The notes below the pieces were generated by a model. That model was given only the letters and a program-made list of their open reading frames with translations. It was not told where the DNA came from and ran no database searches. The translations under genes were made by a program, and so were the position numbers. 64,000 nucleotides of DNA from Candidatus Cloacimonadales bacterium. GTDB lineage: Bacteria; Cloacimonadota; Cloacimonadia; Cloacimonadales; JAFGVF01. This document shows, piece after piece, positions 49,565 to 58,952 of this stretch; position 1 is the first letter of the stretch; each line of letters begins with the position of its first letter. The stretch covers positions 1,056,001-1,120,000 of the forward strand of contig OY762964.1 of assembly GCA_963667035.1 (NCBI GenBank). The letters run 5' to 3'.

Positions 49565-50813
49565 GCTTTTGATAAAGAACGCTAGAGTAGTAAATCCGGA
49601 CTCTGTTTCCGATGCTGATGTACTCATCTCCGGTGATATGATTACTCGTGTAGAACCAGGTATTAAGGATACTGAAGCAAAAATCATAGATGCAACCGGA
49701 CTTCACCTGTTTCCCGGTTTCATAGATTTTCATGTCCATCTTCAAGATAGAATTGGTGATTACTATATTGCCGATACTTATGAGGAAGGCTCCAACATTG
49801 CTATAAACAATGGGATAACTACAATCTGCAGTTTCATAACTCAGAAGAAAGGCATGACCTTAAAGCAAACGGTAGATGAAACTGTTCAAACTTATAAATC
49901 CAAGATAAAGACTGGCATACACTGGCATCTTACTCCCACAACTTTTAGTGATGAAGATTTAAAGGAGATAGAAGAGCTAATTGATTCCGGGTGGAATACT
50001 TTTAAATTCTACACAACCTATAAGAAGAACGGACTCTTTGCTGGCTATGAGGCAATCGAGACATTTGCTCAAAGCTTCAAGGATAAAGATATAACTATCA
50101 TGGTTCATTGTCAGGATGATGAGATTTTGAATTATAAACACTTCTCACTTGTCAGTGAAATTGAGACTGAGTATTCTCAACGCTCGGAAAGGTATGCAGT
50201 TCGTAAGATAGTGGAGATTGCAGAAAGAAACAAAGTTCATTTTCATATCGTTCATCTTTCCAATGCAAATAGCTATATTGTATCTGATTATCTTACTTAT
50301 GAGACCTGTCCTCAATACCTTTTTCTTACAAATGATGTCTACCGAAAAGAAGATGGATATAAGTATCTTTGCAGTCCCTATTTTGGTGACGAAGACAACA
50401 GACAGCGTTTGATTTCCTTAGTCCGGGACGGTGATATAGATGTTCTGGCAACTGATCATTGTCCGTTTACAAACTCAGATAAAGCTTCGCATGCGGATAA
50501 CTTAACAAAAATACCCAATGGTCTTTGCGGACTTGATTACCTCGTACCTCTAGCTTTCAAATCACTGCATGACCTACATAACCATAATCTTATGCAACTT
50601 TGCAGGATGCTCTCATATAATCCGGCCCACTTAATTGGTGAATCAAGTCAACTGGGACAAATTAAACAAGGATTTAAGGCTGATTTAGTTCTAGTAGATA
50701 TAAACTTAGGGTGTCAACTTAGATCACGTAAGAATCTTCATAATTCATATCAGGGAGTATATTCTGATGTTTTCATTAAGTACATTATTCGTGGTGGGGA
50801 GATTATCAGATAG
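49557..50813 (+). CDS. Cyclic amidohydrolase (dihydropyrimidinase/hydantoinase family)
   Basis: PGFIDFHVH, FKFY (carboxylated Lys), MVH, HIVHLS, ETCPQYL, ATDHCPF; start overlaps the upstream gene. Confidence 0.85.
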   Translation: MSKLLIKNARVVNPDSVSDADVLISGDMITRVEPGIKDTEAKIIDATGLHLFPGFIDFHVHLQDRIGDYYIADTYEEGSNIAINNGITTICSFITQKKGMTLKQTVDETVQTYKSKIKTGIHWHLTPTTFSDEDLKEIEELIDSGWNTFKFYTTYKKNGLFAGYEAIETFAQSFKDKDITIMVHCQDDEILNYKHFSLVSEIETEYSQRSERYAVRKIVEIAERNKVHFHIVHLSNANSYIVSDYLTYETCPQYLFLTNDVYRKEDGYKYLCSPYFGDEDNRQRLISLVRDGDIDVLATDHCPFTNSDKASHADNLTKIPNGLCGLDYLVPLAFKSLHDLHNHNLMQLCRMLSYNPAHLIGESSQLGQIKQGFKADLVLVDINLGCQLRSRKNLHNSYQGVYSDVFIKYIIRGGEIIR

Positions 50814-50825
50814 TTTAAACTAGCA

Positions 50826-51031
50826 TACAAGTTTTTGTGATCCGGTCGGAGAAGACATTTAATCCCCATATTATTTACTATTTTTCAGCATCTTTTACTC
50901 ACAATTTTCAGACTATCTATCAAAACGCAATTTTCCCACTGTTTTTCCACTGTGTAGGCACTATCAACCCGGTGTTTCAATGAGTGGACACTGCGTTCAC
51001 AGTGCATGCACACTGGGAACGCAGTGCGTTG
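50826..51031. repeat. Second, inverted copy (copy B) of the phased-palindrome element
   Basis: CASTG-like cores at 50937, 50948, 50959, 50970 then 50978, 50989, 51000, 51011, 51022; TACAAGTTTTTGTGA box at the same 81-bp offset as in copy A. Confidence 0.85.
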
Positions 51032-51264
51032 GTAGAATGTGAAGTGAATTAGAGATGAAAGGGCATAATAATTGCGTAAGTTATTGCAAAACGCAGTGTA
51101 TGGAGATCTCTATCCATGATTACAACAGCATGGATAGGCCTTCGGTATTTATAAGCAATTCACATTTCGGTTGTCTATCAACAAACATAATGCTATAAAT
51201 GCTTTGACATAGCAGTAACAATTATTAATGCTTGAATACATACTTTTAAAGGAGTTGTTTATCT

Positions 51265-54228
51265 ATGATTTCAGATAAGTTCGGCAGTCTACTCCATCAT
51301 TCCAGATTCGGAAGTAAAGATTTCCATCGCCTAATGAAGAAGAGAGTAACCAAGATTCTTTTGGTTTCTTCATTTTACGATGCTTATATATTTGAACAGG
51401 ACGGTAATTTTTCAGAGCAGATATTCGGGGAATACAGAGAGTTTAATCTCTCGGCTGTACCTAGAATAATTCATGTCCCTACAATAGAAGATGCTCTCAA
51501 TATTCTTGATGAAGATGATTTTGACATGGTTATAACCATGATGCGTATTGGTGAGACAATTCCATATAGATTAAGTAAATCAATTAAAGAGAAATACCCT
51601 GAACTTCCGGTTTTACTACTATTGAATGTACAATCGGACATCGGCTTAATCAAAGCCAGTCCGGACAAAATGATGTATATAGACGATGTCTTTCTCTGGA
51701 ATGGTGATAGTAAGCTCTTTTTAGCTATGATTAAGAGTATTGAAGATAAACTGAACTTGGAAGAGGATACAAAGAACAGTTTTGTTAGTGTTATCCTGAT
51801 TGTGGAGGACTCGGTTAACTTCTATTCGGCATTTTTACCGCTGATTTATACCGAGATTATGATGCAGACTCAGCGTATTATTGAACAGGAAATCAATGAT
51901 ATGAACAAGCGTTACAGGATGAGATCAAGACCTAAAGTTATACTTGTTCATAACTATGAAGATGCGATTAGTACCTATCGAAAGTATAAAGAGTATATAA
52001 TAGGTGTTATAACGGATATTGAGTATCCCGTAAATGGTAAAATGGATCCTCAGGCAGGTATTAATCTTATGAAGCAGATTCGTTCGCTTGATAGTCATTT
52101 ACCTATACTATTACAATCATCCGATATCCAATGGACAAGCTATGTGGAGAACTTTCATGCCCAGTTCTTATCAAAGCAATCGAAATCACTATTGCAAGAT
52201 TTGAAGAAATTCATACACTTCTATCTTGGATATGGAGAGATAATATTCTGCGATGAACAGGGGAATGAGTTTACCAGAGCCAATACGTTAAATGACCTTG
52301 AAAAGTGCCTAAATACAATACCGGATTCTTCTTTGTTATATCATAGTAACTACAACCATTTTTCGACTTGGCTTATGGCTCATGGTGAAATCTCGGCAGC
52401 TCGAAAGATAAAAGAGATACGACCTTGGGTATTTTACACTACAAAAGAGCTTAGAAACTATCTCAGAAGTATTTTTAGAGAAGTTAGAATAGAGAAATCA
52501 AGAGGTAAGATTGTTAATTTCAATCCTGAGAATCTTAAAATAAGAAACCAGATAGTCAAACTATCGGAAGGCTCTTTAGGTGGAAAGGGAAGAGGTCTTG
52601 CTTTCTTGAATAATCTGCTGACCATTATAAGTAGTGAAGAGAAATATGAATCTATCTTTATTACTCTACCTCTGACCGCAATTATCGGTACACAGGAGTA
52701 TGATGATTTCATTGTAAACAATAAAATTACAACTGCAATCACTTTGTTACCCGATGCAGAGATTGCCTCTATCTTTATGCATGGTAAGCTTACAGAAACA
52801 TTACTTCAAAAGTTGGATATCTACCTTGATACAATTAGAAAGCCTATTGCCGTGCGTTCTTCCGGTTTGCTGGAAGACTCACAAGCCCAACCTTTTGCAG
52901 GAATTTATTCAACATACATGCTTCCAAATAATCACGAAGATAAGAGTGTTAGGTTGGAGAGATTGACCCAAGCAATAAAACTTGTTTATGCCTCAGTTTA
53001 CATGAGGACAGCCAGATCCTACATAGAAAGTGTTAACTATAAAGTTGAAGAAGAAAAGATGGCCGTAATTATTCAGGAAGTTGCAGGAGCTGAACACAAA
53101 GGTTACTACTATCCGCACATCTCCGGAGTTGGTCAGTCATATAATTTCTATCCTACTCATAGCTTAGAGCATGAGGACGGTATTTGCTCAATGGCAATGG
53201 GACTTGGTATCTCAGTCGTTGAAGGAAGCAATATTTATCATTTCTCTCCGAAGTACCCTCAGGTGCAGTCAATAAGTGAATCAGAGATGGTTTCTAAAAC
53301 CCAGAAACACTTCTTTGCTTTGGATATGAATAATCACGACTACAATATTCTTGATGGGGAAGATGCCAATCTGAAGAAGCTTAGTCTTAGGCAGGCTGAA
53401 CCTCATAAAACATTGACTCATCTGGTTTCAACTTGGGATTATGAAAATGATCGTCTCGTTGATGGCTATCAGGTTAAAGGGTTAAAAGTTCTCACTTTTG
53501 CTAATATTCTAAAATATGAACATATACCATTAGCCGAACTCTTAAACGATTTTCTCAAGATAGGGCAAATGGCAATGGGAGCACCGGTCGAAATTGAATT
53601 TGCGGTAACTTTACACCGTACAATGAATAAGAATGCTACTTTCAACATCCTACAGATTAGGCCTTTAACAACTAACTACGAGCAGATTAGAATCGATACC
53701 GATTCAATAAATCCTAATGAACTTGTTCTTGAGACTACAAGTAGTATGGGATTTGGTAAGAAAGATAACCTCTACGATATTATATTTGTGAATCCTAAGC
53801 GTTTTAAGAGTACGGAGACCATGAATATGCTGGAAGAGCTTAATGAGCTTAATGCTCAGATGAGAGAGCAAAACCGACCCTATATCCTCATTGGCTTCGG
53901 AAGATGGGGGACAAGGGATGAATTCCTGGGAATCCCGGTAAAATGGGAGAACATCGATAAAGCCAACGTTATTGTTGAAGCTGAACTCCCGAATTTTAGA
54001 GTTGATCCTTCTCAAGGTACTCATTTCTTCCATAATATGGTCGCCATGAATATTGGCTATTTCTCAGTTGGATATGATAAAAAGAATAATCATATTGATT
54101 GGGATTTTTTACTTAACCATCCAAGAAGAAAAGAAGGTAACTATTTCGTTCATATCAGAAGCTTTAAACCTTTCGAAGTGTTAATGGATGGCGAAACTAA
54201 TACTGCGATAATAAAGAAGGATATTTAG
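51265..54228 (+). CDS. Receiver-domain plus PEP/pyruvate-binding (PPDK_N) protein, PEP-synthase-like without a recognisable phospho-His domain
   Basis: Two REC-like regions, GSLGGKGRGL, AVRSSGLLED, FAGIY, MAVIIQEV, VEIEFA, LQIRP, SQGTHFFHN. Confidence 0.87.
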   Translation: MISDKFGSLLHHSRFGSKDFHRLMKKRVTKILLVSSFYDAYIFEQDGNFSEQIFGEYREFNLSAVPRIIHVPTIEDALNILDEDDFDMVITMMRIGETIPYRLSKSIKEKYPELPVLLLLNVQSDIGLIKASPDKMMYIDDVFLWNGDSKLFLAMIKSIEDKLNLEEDTKNSFVSVILIVEDSVNFYSAFLPLIYTEIMMQTQRIIEQEINDMNKRYRMRSRPKVILVHNYEDAISTYRKYKEYIIGVITDIEYPVNGKMDPQAGINLMKQIRSLDSHLPILLQSSDIQWTSYVENFHAQFLSKQSKSLLQDLKKFIHFYLGYGEIIFCDEQGNEFTRANTLNDLEKCLNTIPDSSLLYHSNYNHFSTWLMAHGEISAARKIKEIRPWVFYTTKELRNYLRSIFREVRIEKSRGKIVNFNPENLKIRNQIVKLSEGSLGGKGRGLAFLNNLLTIISSEEKYESIFITLPLTAIIGTQEYDDFIVNNKITTAITLLPDAEIASIFMHGKLTETLLQKLDIYLDTIRKPIAVRSSGLLEDSQAQPFAGIYSTYMLPNNHEDKSVRLERLTQAIKLVYASVYMRTARSYIESVNYKVEEEKMAVIIQEVAGAEHKGYYYPHISGVGQSYNFYPTHSLEHEDGICSMAMGLGISVVEGSNIYHFSPKYPQVQSISESEMVSKTQKHFFALDMNNHDYNILDGEDANLKKLSLRQAEPHKTLTHLVSTWDYENDRLVDGYQVKGLKVLTFANILKYEHIPLAELLNDFLKIGQMAMGAPVEIEFAVTLHRTMNKNATFNILQIRPLTTNYEQIRIDTDSINPNELVLETTSSMGFGKKDNLYDIIFVNPKRFKSTETMNMLEELNELNAQMREQNRPYILIGFGRWGTRDEFLGIPVKWENIDKANVIVEAELPNFRVDPSQGTHFFHNMVAMNIGYFSVGYDKKNNHIDWDFLLNHPRRKEGNYFVHIRSFKPFEVLMDGETNTAIIKKDI

Positions 54229-54551
54229 TTATTCATTTTGATTAAAGTAACATGCATAATGGTAACAAATATTATTAGAAATGCTACCATTAGTCCTTTT
54301 CATGCATTCCTCTATATAATATTTATGCAAATATGAACATGAGTAATGAAAGTCAATAAAGATTTAAATGAGTGTTTACAGTAGAATCTATGTATCATGC
54401 TTGAGCTATATAAATTTTATTAAGCTTTACTGATAAATGCTAGATCACAATAGATTAAACCTAGAAGTAGGATTGCGAGCTGGAGTTCGCCTACCCTATG
54501 TTACCATAGTTTAAAATCCATGACTACTACTAAGTTATCCTTTTTGGAAAT

Positions 54552-54584
54552 AAAAAAACAGGCTTCTGATTAATCAGAAGCCTG
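54552..54584 (-). terminator. Intrinsic terminator of serC
   Basis: CAGGCTTCTGA-TTAA-TCAGAAGCCTG hairpin with A-run on + (U-run on -). Confidence 0.88.
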
Positions 54585-54605
54585 CAATATATAACAATAT
54601 ATTAA

Positions 54606-55697
54606 CTATTTATTCTCAGCCATGAATTTCTTCATGAATTCAGCTAAGGCATGTGCACTTTCGTAAGGGCATGCATTATAAACAGAAGCTCTGCAACCAC
54701 CAACTGAACGGTGACCTTTAAGCCCGTTAAGATCGTTTGCGGCAGCTTCAGCTATGAATTTCTTTGATAACTCATCGCTAGGAAGAAGGAAAGTGATATT
54801 CATTAATGAACGACTTTCTTTATCTGTAACAGAGCCGGTATAGAAACCGTTTGAGTTATCGATCACATCATAGATGAGGTTTGCTTTTGCAAGATTACTC
54901 TCTTTGATGCTGTCAATTCCACCTTGTTCAAGAATCCATTTGAAAACTTCACCAATTACATAAATAGCGAATGCCGGTGGTGTGTTAAACATAGATTCTT
55001 TAGCAATGTGTGTTTTGTAATCAAGCATAGTAGGAAGTCCACCGGGAAGCTTAGCTGCAAATTCTTTTTTGATAAGAACAACAGTACAACCTGCCGGACC
55101 AACATTCTTCTGGGCTCCGGCATATACCATGTCATATTTTTCAATATCAACAGGTCTGCTCATGAAGTTAGAAGACATATCGGCAATTAGAGGAACACCT
55201 GCAGGAACTTCAGGAGTCCAATGGTATTCTGTACCTCTGATTGTGTTATTGTGAGTGATATGAAGATAAGCAGGGTTCTCGGAGAGAGTGAACTCTCTAG
55301 GAATATAAGCAAATCCATCGGCTTCAGATGTAGCGGCAAGATGAGTTTTCTTACCAATCTTAATAGCCTCTTTATAAGCATTAGTTGCCCAAGTACCTGT
55401 ATTAATGTAGTTAGCAACTTTGTCGTCAGGGCAAAGATTCATAGCTACCATAAGGAACTGTGTGCTAGCTCCACCTTGTAAAAAGAGAACTTCCCAGTCA
55501 TCACCGAGTCCGTAGATCTTTCTTGCATTCTCGCGAGCAGCATTGATAATCTCACCATACTCTTTTGAACGGTGAGACATCTCCATTACTGAGAGACCTA
55601 AACCTTTGTAGCTTACAAGGTCTTTTTGAACCTGATGTAACACCTCTAAAGGAAGTGTTGAAGGTCCGGCACTGAAGTTATGAATTCTTTTTTCCAT
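54606..55697 (-). CDS. serC: Phosphoserine aminotransferase
   Basis: NFSAGP, EMSHRS, QGGA, DMSS, GAQKN, NTPP, GHRSVGG; GGAGG RBS before ATG 55697. Confidence 0.97.
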   Translation of the reverse strand: MEKRIHNFSAGPSTLPLEVLHQVQKDLVSYKGLGLSVMEMSHRSKEYGEIINAARENARKIYGLGDDWEVLFLQGGASTQFLMVAMNLCPDDKVANYINTGTWATNAYKEAIKIGKKTHLAATSEADGFAYIPREFTLSENPAYLHITHNNTIRGTEYHWTPEVPAGVPLIADMSSNFMSRPVDIEKYDMVYAGAQKNVGPAGCTVVLIKKEFAAKLPGGLPTMLDYKTHIAKESMFNTPPAFAIYVIGEVFKWILEQGGIDSIKESNLAKANLIYDVIDNSNGFYTGSVTDKESRSLMNITFLLPSDELSKKFIAEAAANDLNGLKGHRSVGGCRASVYNACPYESAHALAEFMKKFMAENK

Positions 55698-55804
55698 GCA
55701 ATCCTCCATTTATTATATTTTTTTGGATTATTATCGCTAATATGAGAAGAAGTCACACTATTTTGTCAATCAAAATTAATGACATGTTCTCTTATGCTAC
55801 TTAA

Positions 55805-57088
55805 CTAGCCTTTGTAAAACTCTTTAAGTGCTTCAATCATATAGATATGATCTGCTTGTCCACCTGTTTCACGCACTGAGTGCATTGCCCAAACGGGAGA
55901 ACCAATATCAACCGTATCTATACCTAATAAAGCTGAGCTGATTGGTCCGATTGTTGAACCGGAACGGGCATCTGATCTGCCAATTATCTTTTGTACAGGA
56001 ACATTGGCTTTCTGACATAACTGCTCGAAGAAATAGGATGTCTCTGCAGTTGTTGCATAGCTGAACCCGGCATTAATCTTAATCACCGGTCCTTTATTCA
56101 TAACAGGAGTATAGGCGGGGTCATGTTTGTCTCCAAAATTAGGATGATAAGCATGAGCAAGGTCAGCAGATACCAATATACTCTTTCTAATTGCTATTAA
56201 GTTTTCTTCTTCGTTAAGATTGTGTGCAATAGAGATTCTCTTAAGTATTGTAGCTAAGAAAGGAGAAGCAGCACCTTGTAATGTTCTGCTTCCTACCTCT
56301 TCATTATCAAAGAAGATGCCTACAAGTGTAGAGTCGGAAACTTCAGATTCGATAAGGGAAGTTAAAATTGCATGACACATAGATAAGTCATCCTGCCTGC
56401 CTGAAACTATATAGCCATCTTCAATTTCACCTATTAAAGAGGTTGGCTGCGGGTCATACAAGAATAAATCGTATTCCAATATATCTTCCATCGGTATATC
56501 GAGATGTTCAGCTAATAGACCTTTCAAGTAGTTTTCATTGTTCTCGCCACCTGTCCCCATCATTATAGGAAGATGATGTTGAGCATTATACTTAAAACCA
56601 GCATTTACTTCTCTATTCATGTGAATAGCTGCATTGGGAATAATACCTAGTGGTTTAATCAGATTTACAAGTCTTGATTCAAAGTTGTCATCAACTTTTA
56701 TGACTACTCTTCCGGCAACAGAGAGCTCTCTATCGAGCCATGTTGATAATATGGGACCGCCGTATACTTCTACACCAAGCTTACGTGTTCCTTTCACAGT
56801 TGTCTCTGTTAAAGGTTTAATCTTCAAGGCAGGACTGTCAGTGTGTGCTCCGATTAACTTATAACCAAAATCTTTAGGAGAAGAAGTTCCATTGATAAAG
56901 GCAATCACAGCTGATTGATTCCGCTGAATATAATATTTACCGCCTTTCTCAAGCTTCCATTCTTCGCACTCATCCAGCATTTTGTAGCCAGCATTTTCAA
57001 GTTCATATATAATGTTACTGCTTGCTTGATAAGCAGTTGGTGATTGGTCTAAGAATTCTTTTAGCTCTTCAACATACTTTCTATTCAT
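55805..57088 (-). CDS. M18 family (aspartyl) aminopeptidase
   Basis: AHTDSP, WLDREL, DNEEVGS, SADLAHAYHPN, GSTIGP, MHSVRE. Confidence 0.93.
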   Translation of the reverse strand: MNRKYVEELKEFLDQSPTAYQASSNIIYELENAGYKMLDECEEWKLEKGGKYYIQRNQSAVIAFINGTSSPKDFGYKLIGAHTDSPALKIKPLTETTVKGTRKLGVEVYGGPILSTWLDRELSVAGRVVIKVDDNFESRLVNLIKPLGIIPNAAIHMNREVNAGFKYNAQHHLPIMMGTGGENNENYLKGLLAEHLDIPMEDILEYDLFLYDPQPTSLIGEIEDGYIVSGRQDDLSMCHAILTSLIESEVSDSTLVGIFFDNEEVGSRTLQGAASPFLATILKRISIAHNLNEEENLIAIRKSILVSADLAHAYHPNFGDKHDPAYTPVMNKGPVIKINAGFSYATTAETSYFFEQLCQKANVPVQKIIGRSDARSGSTIGPISSALLGIDTVDIGSPVWAMHSVRETGGQADHIYMIEALKEFYKG

Positions 57089-57314
57089 GTTAATTCTCCT
57101 TTGTATCTTTATTTACAATATGTTAAATCTTGGCAAGTAATTTTGACAACACACTTTTTTATATATGTTTACTTATCGGAAATACTGTGAAGTATTACAT
57201 TTACACTTGCTGAACTCTTACGTTTCCCTTTATTCTTTTATGAAGTTATAAATTGTTTATAAGAGGATGGATATCTTAGCGTACTAAAGCATCTTAGGGT
57301 TGTTTGATAGTATA

Positions 57315-58661
57315 TTATAGCATATTAATTTTGTCTATATAAGCGGTCATATCAAACTTACGCTCTAATCCTTTATCGTTCATGTAGCGAACTTTTCCGA
57401 ATATTGGTCTTTCTTTCCAAGCCGTATCATGCTTTCCGAAGCACCAAGCTACTCCTGCATAGCCATTAGGACTAAATCCGTCTATTGAGTACTTATTGTT
57501 GAGATATAAGGCTATTTCGTATGCATCTAAAGGATCTTTAGTCCATTCAATAATCTTTTTACCCCAATACATTCGCATGTAACCATGCATTTTACCCGTT
57601 ACTAGCATCTCCTTTTGAGCTGCATTCCAATAGACATCATGAGTCTCCGCATCTTCAAGTTGTTTCAAAGTATAAATGTACTCTCGTTTGTCATCCGAGT
57701 GATCCTGAAGAGTTTGCTTAGCCCAATCGGGTAGTGAATTAAAGTTTTCATAGTTAGTATTATAGTGCACAAAATTATATGAGAGCTCGCGTCGGACTAC
57801 TAATTGCTCAACGAACCTATCCCTATTAGCATCACTATGTTTTTCCAGAGTGTTCAATATTCGTATAGGGGAGATTTGACCGAAATTAAGATAAGGACTG
57901 ATGTTTGATTGATAGTTTTCGCCTACAATATTCCTACCTTCATTATAGTAGCTTAGTCCTTTTTCAATAAAGTCTCTAATCAGTTTGACTGCTTTCCTCT
58001 CACCTGAAGCAAGTTTAATAGGATTTATGTATGGCTTTAATTTTAGTTTGTCGATGAAAGGTTTCATGTTCGGATAGAAAGAGAAATTGTTAGGAAAATC
58101 CAGATTTAGGCTTTCAACAAAAACTTTTGGAGTATTGGTTTTAGATATGAAATAGGATAGTTTCTCATGAATTCTAGGTCTGAATGTTCGAGCTGCGTAT
58201 TCTTCTTTTGTAGATGCAATACTAACAGGCACAGTTAGTTCAGATTCAAATAGCTTAAAGGAACAGGGTAACTTTATCTTACTTCTAATATCATTATCTT
58301 CCTTCAAATATGAATAGTCACCAATTACTTCAACAGCTTCCTTTCCATATCTCTGTACACATGCGACTTTCTTATCAATTTCAATTTGAAGTCTGATACC
58401 TCCAGAGTAGAGGTCTCTTCTAAGAGAGTTCAGGCCTTCGAGAATAAATTCATAGTGTCTTGAATTTAGCAGGGGATAACTCAAATCAATAATATAAAGA
58501 ATAAGCAATGGTTTCTTGTATTTGTTTGCTAACTCAATTGCGTGATTCAATGAATAGTTATCTCTTATTCTAAGGCTTTGATCCATCCAATATAGTATAT
58601 AGTGTCCAGCCTGATTAGGTTTCTTATCATTGATGATATGTAGTCTTTCGGTTTGATTCAT
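57315..58661 (-). CDS. phrB: Class II CPD deoxyribodipyrimidine photolyase
   Basis: YWM...RIRDN, EYAARTFRP, SPYLNFGQIS, RRELS, THDVYWNAAQ, GKMHGYMRMYWGKKI, HD...WKERPIFGKVRYM. Confidence 0.93.
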   Translation of the reverse strand: MNQTERLHIINDKKPNQAGHYILYWMDQSLRIRDNYSLNHAIELANKYKKPLLILYIIDLSYPLLNSRHYEFILEGLNSLRRDLYSGGIRLQIEIDKKVACVQRYGKEAVEVIGDYSYLKEDNDIRSKIKLPCSFKLFESELTVPVSIASTKEEYAARTFRPRIHEKLSYFISKTNTPKVFVESLNLDFPNNFSFYPNMKPFIDKLKLKPYINPIKLASGERKAVKLIRDFIEKGLSYYNEGRNIVGENYQSNISPYLNFGQISPIRILNTLEKHSDANRDRFVEQLVVRRELSYNFVHYNTNYENFNSLPDWAKQTLQDHSDDKREYIYTLKQLEDAETHDVYWNAAQKEMLVTGKMHGYMRMYWGKKIIEWTKDPLDAYEIALYLNNKYSIDGFSPNGYAGVAWCFGKHDTAWKERPIFGKVRYMNDKGLERKFDMTAYIDKINML

Positions 58662-58900
58662 TAGTTATCCCTATTGATTATGATTTCAATAATAATATAA
58701 GGTGCTTTGTTGCTTTTGCAATTGTTAATAGTTATTAAAAGAAGGGTTGTCCCCGGTCTAAACAAATTTGAGCGTTAGAAGTATAGCTATTCGAACCGGG
58801 GACAATATTGAGAGAGGGTTAGTATAGTATGTATGACATTGCTTTTTAAAATATCCTGCACAATAAAAAAGAATATTTGGAGGAAACCGTTTAGAATGAA

Positions 58901-58931
58901 TAAAGGCTGTTGAATTAATCAACAGCCTTTA
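58901..58931 (-). terminator. Terminator after the PPIase gene
   Basis: TAAAGGCTGTTGA-ATTAA-TCAACAGCCTTTA perfect 13-bp stem. Confidence 0.85.
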
Positions 58932-58952
58932 CAAGTATTTACAGAAAAATCT

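Noticed and set aside
39555..50813. Selenocysteine readthrough in the xdh/ygeY operon
   Set aside because: ORFs are full length without in-frame TGA; the xdhB TGA overlaps the next ATG as ordinary coupling.
57101..57128. Second dif-like site (ATATGTTAAAT arm)
   Set aside because: Left arm does not fit and it lies in an AT-rich promoter region; likely chance.
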